Shown here in pieces: positions 42,255 to 51,394 of a stretch of DNA of 64,000 nucleotides (position 1 is the first letter of the stretch; each line of letters starts with the position of its first letter). The stretch is from Candidatus Babeliales bacterium (lineage in GTDB: Bacteria > Babelota > Babeliae > Babelales > Vermiphilaceae). The notes below the pieces were generated by a model. The model did no database searches. It worked only from the letters and a program-made list of their open reading frames with translations, and had not been told where the DNA came from. The DNA lies in the NCBI GenBank assembly GCA_963743635.1, contig CAVUQO010000003.1, positions 672,001-736,000 of the forward strand. Direction: 5' to 3'. A program made the translations under genes and the position numbers.

Positions 42255-44249
42255 TCAATTGTATGATGTACCAACTTTGAACCATACACCCCATTGGCTG
42301 AGGGCTACGTTCGAGCAACAGTTGTTGCTTGAGCAAGTGTTGATTGAGCAATTGTTGTTGTAATAGCCAGTATTGCAACCGGTATTGCACGTTGTGTTGC
42401 AACCAGTGTTGCAGCTTGCTTCACAACAATCATTGTCGCGGCTTGAACCAAATTCAACTTCAGCACCTACGCCAACATAGGGAGTCCATTTACAATCTTT
42501 ATCACGATCAGCCCATGCCCAGTTCAAGTGAGTGAAGATTTTATTTGAGATACCACGGGTACCAGTCAAATTGAAATCACATTCACTAATCATCACCGGC
42601 TTTTCAGAGGTGTAGATTTGGGTGCTGTTTAATGGAAGATTAGTGATGGTACTAGTATCAGTATTTATGAAACCACCAAATGCAGCTGTTGGATTATCCC
42701 CATAGAAGTTGGTTGGGTTAGAATCGATGGTGTAGTTAGCGCCATTGCAAAGGTTTGAACCAGTATGGATATTTGCTTGGCTGTTAGTTGCAGGAATGCT
42801 CACTGCAAGACTGCCATCAAAACCATACACTCGTTGGTCGCCCTTTAGAGCCCATTTGCCAATCGGTTGTGCACAACAATCATCTTGGATGCACAAGTTT
42901 TCACAGCTTCTGCCCCAGAAGTTGTAACCAAGATCCCATTGGAAGTTGCCTGAGCGGTATGCAAGGGTGAACGCAAGGTCCCCTTGTGCGCCGATTGTTG
43001 AGCGTACTTCTCTGCGAGTAATGTTTGCAACGGGAGAGTATTGGTTGCCAAATTGAAGACCAAGGCTATCAGTAGTAGTGTTTAAAAGAGGTGTGCTATT
43101 GGTGTTTGAATTCAATAATTCTGCTAACATATAGCGGCTATTGCTGCCTGCTGAACACAGATCAAAGCAACGTGTTTGGTTTGCACCAAAAAGATGCGTT
43201 ATGTCTGCTTCAAGATACCAGCCAAAGCTCTTATCTCCATCTTCACTTTCCCACCAGCGATGATGCGCCGTTACTTGTGCGCCAAGTTCCCAATGCTTAC
43301 CGTTACCCACGATAGGTTGGAATAAATAGCGTCCTTCGCCATTGCAATCATCAGTGCCTACGCGCGTACCAGTTGGTGCAGCAACGTAGATACCGATACC
43401 AACGTGATATTTGCCATCTTCATCATTCAAGAAGTTGTAACCAAGGATAAAGCGAAGTTCGGCAAAACCATTTGCGCTTGCGCCGCCGCATTCGCAATCA
43501 TTGCTGATTTTGCTGCAGCAGAGTGAGTTCCAAGTAATGCTACCCAGTGGAGAACAATCTTCGTCGTCTAGGCAGTAAGTTTGAAGACCATAAGTGTTAT
43601 CATTATTAATTGATGGAACGCAACCGTTAGTATAATTCAAGAATTTGGTATTCAGGTTTGCAACCGGAACTGTGTTGCTTGAGAAGTAACCTTGGAAATA
43701 TCCCATTGATCCTGCATTGCTTACACATTCTTCTGCATTTAAATTCCAGCGTGTGTGTACATAAGGACCATAGATCTTGAAGTAAAGACCATCAACCCAG
43801 TTATCAAGGCCAGCATAGAAACTAAAATCTAAAATGTAGTTGGTGATGCTTGGTTTGAAAGTGACAGTACTTTGAAAATCCATTGGGAGTCCGAAATAAT
43901 CAGCCAACCATGCATTGTTTGGTCTGCTTGGTACTGCAGAACCGCTGATTTGAATTGCCGATGCATCATCGCATACGCCGCAAATTAAATCATTACCGAA
44001 GAATGCATAGGCCAGGCTATTATCTCTGAAGGTGCGTGAATATTCAAATGCGAGATTGAGGCTTGCATACCATTTATCTTCAGGTTTGCGATTGATACCC
44101 CAGTTCACGTCATCCCAACCAACTATTTGGCGAGCTGCGTTAAAACTTTGCGAGCGAGGAACGATATTTGTGGTCGTGCCATTACCCATGAGGGTTACTG
44201 TGCTGATGAGCGCAGTGAGGCACATTAATTTTTTACTGAGATGATTCAT
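42255..44249 (-). CDS. P11: Cys-rich putative outer-membrane beta-barrel paralog
   Basis: Intact, 664 aa; CNTGCNTTCNTGCNTG tract; ends WGVWFKVGTSYN. Confidence 0.85.
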   Translation of the reverse strand: MNHLSKKLMCLTALISTVTLMGNGTTTNIVPRSQSFNAARQIVGWDDVNWGINRKPEDKWYASLNLAFEYSRTFRDNSLAYAFFGNDLICGVCDDASAIQISGSAVPSRPNNAWLADYFGLPMDFQSTVTFKPSITNYILDFSFYAGLDNWVDGLYFKIYGPYVHTRWNLNAEECVSNAGSMGYFQGYFSSNTVPVANLNTKFLNYTNGCVPSINNDNTYGLQTYCLDDEDCSPLGSITWNSLCCSKISNDCECGGASANGFAELRFILGYNFLNDEDGKYHVGIGIYVAAPTGTRVGTDDCNGEGRYLFQPIVGNGKHWELGAQVTAHHRWWESEDGDKSFGWYLEADITHLFGANQTRCFDLCSAGSNSRYMLAELLNSNTNSTPLLNTTTDSLGLQFGNQYSPVANITRREVRSTIGAQGDLAFTLAYRSGNFQWDLGYNFWGRSCENLCIQDDCCAQPIGKWALKGDQRVYGFDGSLAVSIPATNSQANIHTGSNLCNGANYTIDSNPTNFYGDNPTAAFGGFINTDTSTITNLPLNSTQIYTSEKPVMISECDFNLTGTRGISNKIFTHLNWAWADRDKDCKWTPYVGVGAEVEFGSSRDNDCCEASCNTGCNTTCNTGCNTGYYNNNCSINTCSSNNCCSNVALSQWGVWFKVGTSYN

Positions 44250-44426
44250 AAGAATAACTCCTTTTAGTATGAAAACATGTTAGGGAATTGGTAACAGATG
44301 TTACGCAGTTGAAATTGAGTACGTGTTACTCGATAGGGTCTCCTTTCTTTTTTTTTAATAATTTTTTATTACAAATGTCATTGACCCATACACTACTATC
44401 TTTGAATTTTTTTTTCTAGAGTTTTT
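44250..44426 (-). promoter_or_regulatory. Promoter motif plus diverged double-SD leader of P11
   Basis: TAGAAA-N17-TAGTGT with an A9 tract; GAAAGGAG upstream SD; two small hairpins. Confidence 0.55.
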
Positions 44427-44588
44427 AAAATTTTCTTGATCTGATCGCTCATCCGAGAGGTGAAAGTGTTGTAAGTAAGGGAATAATCGGCTCAGGCGAA
44501 TTTTTATTTTTGCTATGATTGATCTACTGCGGCGGTTGGAGGAGTCGATTTTTTTGATTTTTGATCATGAATGAAGTTTGAAGAGAAT

Positions 44589-44627
44589 AAAAAAGAAGGC
44601 CTCTTGCAATTACAAGAGGCCTTCTTT
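44589..44627 (-). terminator. Terminator of P12
   Basis: AAAGAAGGCCTCTTG...CAAGAGGCCTTCTTT. Confidence 0.8.
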
Positions 44628-44650
44628 AAATATGATATTGATCGGACAAG

Positions 44651-46495
44651 TTAGTTGAACGTGAATCCACCTTTAACCCATACTCCCCAGAAACAAGTGC
44701 TGCATTCAACGCATTCGCCGCAACATGCAGATCCAGTGGGTGGTACTTGTGGAACGATTGGATTTCTATTTTCGCAACCTTTCTTGCCAAATTCTACTTC
44801 GCCACCGACGCCAAGATAGGGAGTCCAATCTTCACATTCGAGCCATGAATAGCTGACGTGTGTGAAAAATTTATTTGATAATCCTTTGGTGCCACTCAAA
44901 TCAAGATCGCATTCCTTGATAAAGATTGGTTGGATTGAAGTGCTGGTTTGATTATACGGATATATATCGGGAGGCGTCATATTTGCTGCATATAATGGAT
45001 TATTTGCGCCCATATCTGCATAGTCACCGGTTGCCTTTAATGCGTTATCTACCATTGAGTTTAAACCATCGAGCGATCCATTGGTTCCTTCATGGATAGT
45101 GGCATAGCGTTCGGTAGCAGAGAGCGCAATGGGCCCTGTGGCATAACTATCATCAAAGCCAAACACGAATGCATCACCCTTGAGCGCCCACGTTCTGCCA
45201 TTCAGATTATCAGGTGCGCAGCCTTCACGCAGTGAGATTTTTTCGCACGTGACTCCCCAAAAATCGTATCCGATATCAAAAGAGAAATTATTCGAAATGC
45301 AAGTGATGGCAACGAGTGCATCAGCTTGAACGCCGACCGCTACGGAAACATCTGCTTGGGTAATGTTCGCAACCGGAGAATATTGTTGTTTGAATTGATA
45401 CATTGCTGGTGTTGAGTATCCGGTAACAGGATCTTCACCGCCTAAATTATTAAACACGGGCACTGCTAATTTTTCAGCAAGCATGTAGCGGCTGTTCGGT
45501 TGTCCGCACAAATCAAAACAGCGTGTTTGATGCGCATTAAACATATGAGTAATGTTAGCAACAATTTGTATTGATGCATGGCTATGATCATCCATGCTAT
45601 GCCAGAATGTATATGCGCCGGTTAGGTTGCCACCAACTTCCCAATGTTTTCCGTTACCTACAATTGGTTTGAAAAGGTAGCTTGCATTAGGTCGTGTGCC
45701 GGTTGGGGCTGCAATACGCAGGCCAATTGAGCAGTGGTATTCATCAGAATTGGTAACTGAATAACCAAGAATTCCTTGTATTTCAGCAACGCCGGTTTCG
45801 GTTTGAGGTCCACAGTCAGTTGGGAAGCGTGAGCAGGCAAGCTCATCAAATTGCACATTGTTGTTGAGTGCTGGTTTGTTGCCTTTCATATAAGAAGTAA
45901 CGCTTTGAAGCATATTGTTGGGCGTCACTACTGATGGAGTGAAATAACCTGCAGGATAGAATCCATCATTGCTTCCACTATTGCGTACAATTTCCTTAAA
46001 CCGCAGATCCCAGCGTGTGTGGACGACCGGTATATGGAATCTAAAGAAAAGCCCGGGAACGAATTCATCAAAGCCAAAGAAGAAATTGAAATCAAGAATA
46101 TAATTATCAATAAAAGGATCAAATTGGAGTGTGCTTTGAAAATCGGTAGGAAGACCAAAATAGTCAGCGAGCCAATCACGCGACCCACGATTTTCGACGC
46201 TGCTGCCGGATACATTGATGAAACCACCGCAATCATTAAATCCGACTAAACTATTTTGAAATAGGCATTGTGTTATATCATTTGGTCTGAACGAGCGACT
46301 ATATTCGAAGGTTACGTTTGCGCTGCCATAAAGTTTGTCTTGATCTGGTATAAATATGTATTGTTGCCATCCGACATATTCACGTGCAGCGTTTTCGCTT
46401 TGTGATCGGATGGAATAGTATGTTACGGCATGAGCAGTCTGGAAACCGATCATAAGCAATGAAATACTAATAAGGGTGCGTGCTTGATGTGTCAT
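44651..46495 (-). CDS. P12: putative outer-membrane beta-barrel family paralog
   Basis: Intact, 614 aa; RSQSENAAREYVGW, WLADYFGLPTDF, GNGKHWEVG; ends WGVWVKGGFTFN. Confidence 0.85.
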   Translation of the reverse strand: MTHQARTLISISLLMIGFQTAHAVTYYSIRSQSENAAREYVGWQQYIFIPDQDKLYGSANVTFEYSRSFRPNDITQCLFQNSLVGFNDCGGFINVSGSSVENRGSRDWLADYFGLPTDFQSTLQFDPFIDNYILDFNFFFGFDEFVPGLFFRFHIPVVHTRWDLRFKEIVRNSGSNDGFYPAGYFTPSVVTPNNMLQSVTSYMKGNKPALNNNVQFDELACSRFPTDCGPQTETGVAEIQGILGYSVTNSDEYHCSIGLRIAAPTGTRPNASYLFKPIVGNGKHWEVGGNLTGAYTFWHSMDDHSHASIQIVANITHMFNAHQTRCFDLCGQPNSRYMLAEKLAVPVFNNLGGEDPVTGYSTPAMYQFKQQYSPVANITQADVSVAVGVQADALVAITCISNNFSFDIGYDFWGVTCEKISLREGCAPDNLNGRTWALKGDAFVFGFDDSYATGPIALSATERYATIHEGTNGSLDGLNSMVDNALKATGDYADMGANNPLYAANMTPPDIYPYNQTSTSIQPIFIKECDLDLSGTKGLSNKFFTHVSYSWLECEDWTPYLGVGGEVEFGKKGCENRNPIVPQVPPTGSACCGECVECSTCFWGVWVKGGFTFN

Positions 46496-46632
46496 GAAAT
46501 AACTCCCGTTTTATTTAAAATGACTGGTGTCTGTAATCGACGTAATGTGTGAGCCATAGTATACTAGTAGCTACTTTTGGTTGTAAAGCAAAAAAAATGT
46601 ACACAATGCTATAGAGGCATGAATGAACGCGT

Positions 46633-47451
46633 ATGAGTAATCTTGCATGGTACACTCTCATGAGTATACAAATCATTGCTGAAAGTTTGCCCATTAGCAG
46701 TTCAGGGCATGTAGCATTAGTCGCTATGATAGCTGGTTTTTCAGCACAAGACTTAGTGTCAGTAGTGCATATGAATGGATCATGGTTATCGCAACAACTC
46801 ATGGCGCGCAGTATCGATTATTTTTTGCACGGACCAACGTGTATCATTGTAGCATTATTTTTTTATGATCGATGGATGGCATTGCTCAAGGCATGGCGCA
46901 AAACATGGCCGACCATCAGCACACTCATTTTTTATGTTGCCATTGCGGATATTATTACAGGATTATTTTTTGTGGGCTTCCGGTGTCTGCCGGTTTCATC
47001 TTTTCCGCTCGGATTGGGATTTTTAATCACGGCACTTATGTTGAGTTCGCTTTTCTATTGTAAGAGAGATGGAGAATCACTTACGATATCTAAAATGTTA
47101 GTACTTGGTATCGTGCAAGGGTTTGCATTGTTGCCGGGTATTTCTCGATTTGCCTCTACCTACACCGCTGCGCGATGGCTTGCGTTATCCCCACGGCATG
47201 CACTCGAAACCGCATGGATGATTCAGATGCCTTTGATGGTGGTGAGCTTCCTGTATAGTCTTATTGTATTTTGGCAAATCGGCATTCCTGATCAACTATT
47301 GAATATGGAAAGTGCATTCGTTATGATGGGTGCAAGTATTGGTGGGTGGTACGCGCTGCGGTTTGCAGCGTATGTAAGCTCCCGTAAAAAAATGTGGTGG
47401 TTTGCATGCTATATGATAGTCCCTCTGATACTGTGGGTACTATTCAAATAA
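46633..47451 (+). CDS. uppP: Undecaprenyl-diphosphate phosphatase (BacA/UppP)
   Basis: ESLPISSSGH and QGFALLPGISR motifs; polytopic membrane protein. Confidence 0.9.
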   Translation: MSNLAWYTLMSIQIIAESLPISSSGHVALVAMIAGFSAQDLVSVVHMNGSWLSQQLMARSIDYFLHGPTCIIVALFFYDRWMALLKAWRKTWPTISTLIFYVAIADIITGLFFVGFRCLPVSSFPLGLGFLITALMLSSLFYCKRDGESLTISKMLVLGIVQGFALLPGISRFASTYTAARWLALSPRHALETAWMIQMPLMVVSFLYSLIVFWQIGIPDQLLNMESAFVMMGASIGGWYALRFAAYVSSRKKMWWFACYMIVPLILWVLFK

Positions 47452-47474
47452 AGCAGGTTATGGAGATACGAAAG

Positions 47475-49861
47475 ATGAAGCCAGAATATCCAAAGAAACG
47501 TTACGTAATGTCCCATTTTTTCATGCGAGAGATACTGATTCTCGTTCTTGGCGCAGTATCTCTTTTTTTATTGTGCTCTCTGATCACGCATCGCGCGACT
47601 GATAGTAGTTGGTTCTATTACAATAGTGCGCAGCATTCGGTTCGCAATCTCTGCGGAGTAGTGGGTGCTAATTGTGCTGCAGTATTGATTTATTTATTTG
47701 GGGCATCTGCATTGTGGATAGTTGGTCTTATGTTTTTTGCCTGTTTTTTATTGGTGCACCAACGCTCCATTGAGGATGAATGGGAGCGATTGGCTGCATT
47801 TGGTTTATTGATTACCGTGAGTAGTTCGCTATCACATGCATATTATTTTGATTTTTTGGGCAGTGCCGTGCCTGGTGGTTTTATTGGATTGCATACCTAT
47901 ACTTTTTTGTATACATGGCTTGATGGCTTTGGGGCTGCGCTCTTTTTATATACGATGCTTGCCATCAGTATTATTCTGCTTGGGCGATTTTCTTTTGCAC
48001 AAGTAAGTTCTGCAACGCAGGCAGTTGGAACCTTTGTAATGAGTAAAGATCGTTGTTGGATTCCGTTATATCGCGGAGCAACGAGCGCTGTCTATTATGG
48101 CGCAAAGCCATTGCGTATGATTGGGGCATATAGTTATAGATTTTTAAATGGTTCATTGCTTGGTGAACCTGCACAAGCGGCAGTAAATGAAGAATATCGA
48201 GCATTTGAAGAATTGTTATATAGCGCAAAGCGTCAGGAGCAGGAATCGGGAGCAGCGTCACATGCGATGCATAATCGCATGGCGCACCAGAACTGAGATG
48301 ACTTCAGCCTCAGCAAGAAATGCCTGCGGCTGAACATATTGCAATGCAAGATCATGCACCGCAATCAGAATCATCACCAACGCCAATCCGTCATGAGCAT
48401 ACAGTCTATGAGGAGTTGGATATCCCTCTGAATCATGAGCAACAATTATCAAAAGAAAAGGCAATATCGTTTACCAGCGCTTGACATTTTTATCGGTGTA
48501 CAAGATGAGCGGGACGATGAGCGGTTGATGCAAGATTTACAAAAATCAGCACTGATATTAGAAGAAAAATTGGAACGGTTTGGTGTCGCAGGCAAAGTGC
48601 AATCGATTAAACGTGGGCCCGTGGTTACATTATTTGAATATCAGCCAGATATTGACTCTAAAATCAGTAAAATCATTGCGCTTGAAGATGATTTGGCTAT
48701 GGCATTGCAGGCATTAAGCATTCGTATTATTGCTCCAATTCCGGGAAGATCAGTAGTCGGATTTGAAGTGGCTAATAGAGAGCGTAAAAATGTATCATTT
48801 GCTGATGTAGTTCATTCACAAGCATTTACGCAATGCAGTGATTCACTGCCATTAGTGCTTGGGTAAAGATACGATTGGCAACAATGTTGTGGTTGATCTT
48901 GCACGTATGCCGCATCTTTTAATTGCCGGGTCAACCGGTTCAGGAAAATCGGTTGCACTCAATGGGATGTTGGTTAGCTTGTTATGCAAGAAAACGCCGG
49001 ACGAATTGCGGATGGTACTCATTGATCCTAAACGATTAGAGTTTGCATCATATGCAGATATTCCCCATTTATTGGTGCCGATTGTTACAGATCCACGAAA
49101 AGTGCACTCCCATTTTAAAATGGGTGGTCAGACAAATGGAAGAGCGCTATGAGCGCATGGCCGCATGTGGAGTGCGCAATATTCAAGATTATAACGAACG
49201 TATGCAGCGGCATCCTGAATATGAAAAAATTCCCTTTATTGTCGTAGTCATTGATGAGCTTGCTGATTTGATGATGACGTCTGGACGAGAAGTGGAAGAT
49301 CTTATTACGCGTATTGCACAAATGGCGCGTGCGGCAGGGATTCATTTAATTGTTGCAACGCAACGTCCATCGGTTGACGTTATTACTGGACTTATTAAAG
49401 TGAATTTTCCGAGCAGAATTTCATTTAGAGTTACTTCAAAAATTGATTCGCGTACTATTCTTGATGCAAATGGCGCAGATAAATTATTGGGGCGTGGAGA
49501 CATGCTTTTCCTTGGTTCAAGCGATGCATTGTTGCGCCGCATACATGGTGCCTATGTGTCAGATAAAGAGATAGAACATTTAGTTGCGTATGTGCGTGCA
49601 GAGCGTCCTGTGCGGTATCTTGATCTGCAAGAAATTATTGCGCAGAGTGATGAAGCAACACTGAATGATGCGGATGATGAATTGTTAGGACAAGTAATTG
49701 CATTCCTCGATGAAGTGGACGAAGTTTCCATTTCGCTCATTCAGAGGCGCTTTCGCATTGGTTACAATCGTTCAGCGCGTATCATTGATCTGCTTGAATC
49801 GCGCGGTATGATTTCATCACCAGATGGAGGAAAAACACGCAAAGTAATTCGGGTAAATTAA
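47475..49861 (+). CDS. ftsK: DNA translocase FtsK (frameshifted in this assembly)
   Basis: N-terminal TM domain, [51 protein letters not shown], gamma domain [16 protein letters not shown]. Confidence 0.93.
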
Positions 49862-49990
49862 TCTTAAAACAACGTGCAGAAGGGCTTTCTGCATTTTGTT
49901 GCTTGACAAATGGAGAAAAAATAGTCATTTTTTCTCCATCGGTAATAATTATACATCTACAGGTATCATAGACGAAAAACGGAGATGTCA

Positions 49991-51388
49991 ATGCGTTTTG
50001 ATGAGCATTTCTTACATGGAGCATTAGCGGATGCAGTCCTTATTGATAATCACTTTCCCCAAGATGTGCTGTTTGCAATAGACACGCGCAATCTTGAGGC
50101 GGGTGATATTTTTATTGCATTAAGCGGTTCAACAACAGATGGTCATTGCTTTATAGAAGATGCTTTAAAAAAAGGTGCGGCAGGAATAATGCTTGCCCTT
50201 GATAAACAAACATTGCTGAAAAGCATTGACGAATCATTACTTAAAAAAAAATTAATCATTGCAGTTCCCGATACATTACAAGCGTTAATTCGTCTTGCTA
50301 TGGCGTGGCGCGATCAATACATTATTCCCGTGATCGGTATTACTGGCTCGGTTGGTAAGACATCAACCAAAGAGATGCTCATTAATATTTGTAAAGCAGC
50401 TGGCATAGAGTATCTTGCATCGCGTGGCAATGAAAATACTAAGATTGGTTTATCATTAAATATCTTGCGCATGCGTAAAAAGCATCAAGTGGCTATTTTT
50501 GAAATGGGAATTAGTAAGCGGGGCGAAATGGCAGAACTTGCACGCATACTGCGTCCTACCAGCGCTGTGATTACCACCATTGGCCATTGCCATATGGAAG
50601 GCCTTGGCTCCTTGGCAGATATCGTTGTTGAGAAGAGATCTATTTTTAAATATTTCAACGAAGAAAGTATTGGTATCATTAATGGTGATATTCCGATGCT
50701 TGCAGATGTTGGCTATGTGCATCCTGTTATTAAGTTCGGTTCAAAAACAACGAATCAAATTCAAGCCAGAAAAATCACCGTTAAAGATGGTAAATTGTCA
50801 TGTGTGATCAGACTCTACAAAGAGCGATATCCCGTGATGTTGCCCTATGCGAATGAGGGAATGATCACCAATGCACTTGCTGCGGCAGCCACCGCACATT
50901 TGATTGGTATTTCTGCAGCGCATATTATTAAGGGCATTCAGGAGCCACTCTTTATTCCCGGTAGATTCGAACAGCGTCCATTGCTCAATAAAAAGGGCAT
51001 TATTATTCATGATGCCTATAATGCAAATCCAGAAAGCATGAAAGCATCATTGCTGGCTTTTGAGACTATGCGCACTAAAGGGCGCAAGGTTGCGATTCTT
51101 GGCGATATGTTAGAATTAGGGGCAAATAGCCCGTTTTGGCATCGCCAGTTAGGGCGATTTATTCGCAAGGTCCCGTCACTTAATCATATTATTTTAGTTG
51201 GTTCTTTGGTACAATGGACTCATAAAACATTGCCAGTAGGGGTTACCGCTGAAATAGTGCCTGATTGGCAAGCGGCGGTAGATGCCCTGAATAAACAGTT
51301 AGATCAAGACATGCTTGTACTCGTTAAAGGATCACGCGGGATGAAACTTAATAATCTTGTGGATACCCTAACAAAGCAGGCAGCCTAA
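49991..51388 (+). CDS. murF: UDP-N-acetylmuramoyl-tripeptide--D-Ala-D-Ala ligase
   Basis: GITGSVGKTSTKEM, FEMG, DAYNANPESM, LGDMLELG, LVKGSRGM. Confidence 0.95.
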   Translation: MRFDEHFLHGALADAVLIDNHFPQDVLFAIDTRNLEAGDIFIALSGSTTDGHCFIEDALKKGAAGIMLALDKQTLLKSIDESLLKKKLIIAVPDTLQALIRLAMAWRDQYIIPVIGITGSVGKTSTKEMLINICKAAGIEYLASRGNENTKIGLSLNILRMRKKHQVAIFEMGISKRGEMAELARILRPTSAVITTIGHCHMEGLGSLADIVVEKRSIFKYFNEESIGIINGDIPMLADVGYVHPVIKFGSKTTNQIQARKITVKDGKLSCVIRLYKERYPVMLPYANEGMITNALAAAATAHLIGISAAHIIKGIQEPLFIPGRFEQRPLLNKKGIIIHDAYNANPESMKASLLAFETMRTKGRKVAILGDMLELGANSPFWHRQLGRFIRKVPSLNHIILVGSLVQWTHKTLPVGVTAEIVPDWQAAVDALNKQLDQDMLVLVKGSRGMKLNNLVDTLTKQAA

Positions 51389-51394
51389 GGGTAT

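Noticed and set aside
29950..42535. Short alternative-frame ORFs over the paralogs (for example the LQPVLQ-repeat ORFs)
   Set aside because: They are shadows of the Cys-repeat codons and conserved blocks of the real genes.
14335..46495. Diversity-generating retroelement, shufflon or integron explanation for the array
   Set aside because: No reverse transcriptase, recombinase or integrase is in the window, there is no adenine-specific TR/VR pair or attC structure, and the genes have their own RBS and mostly their own promoters and terminators.
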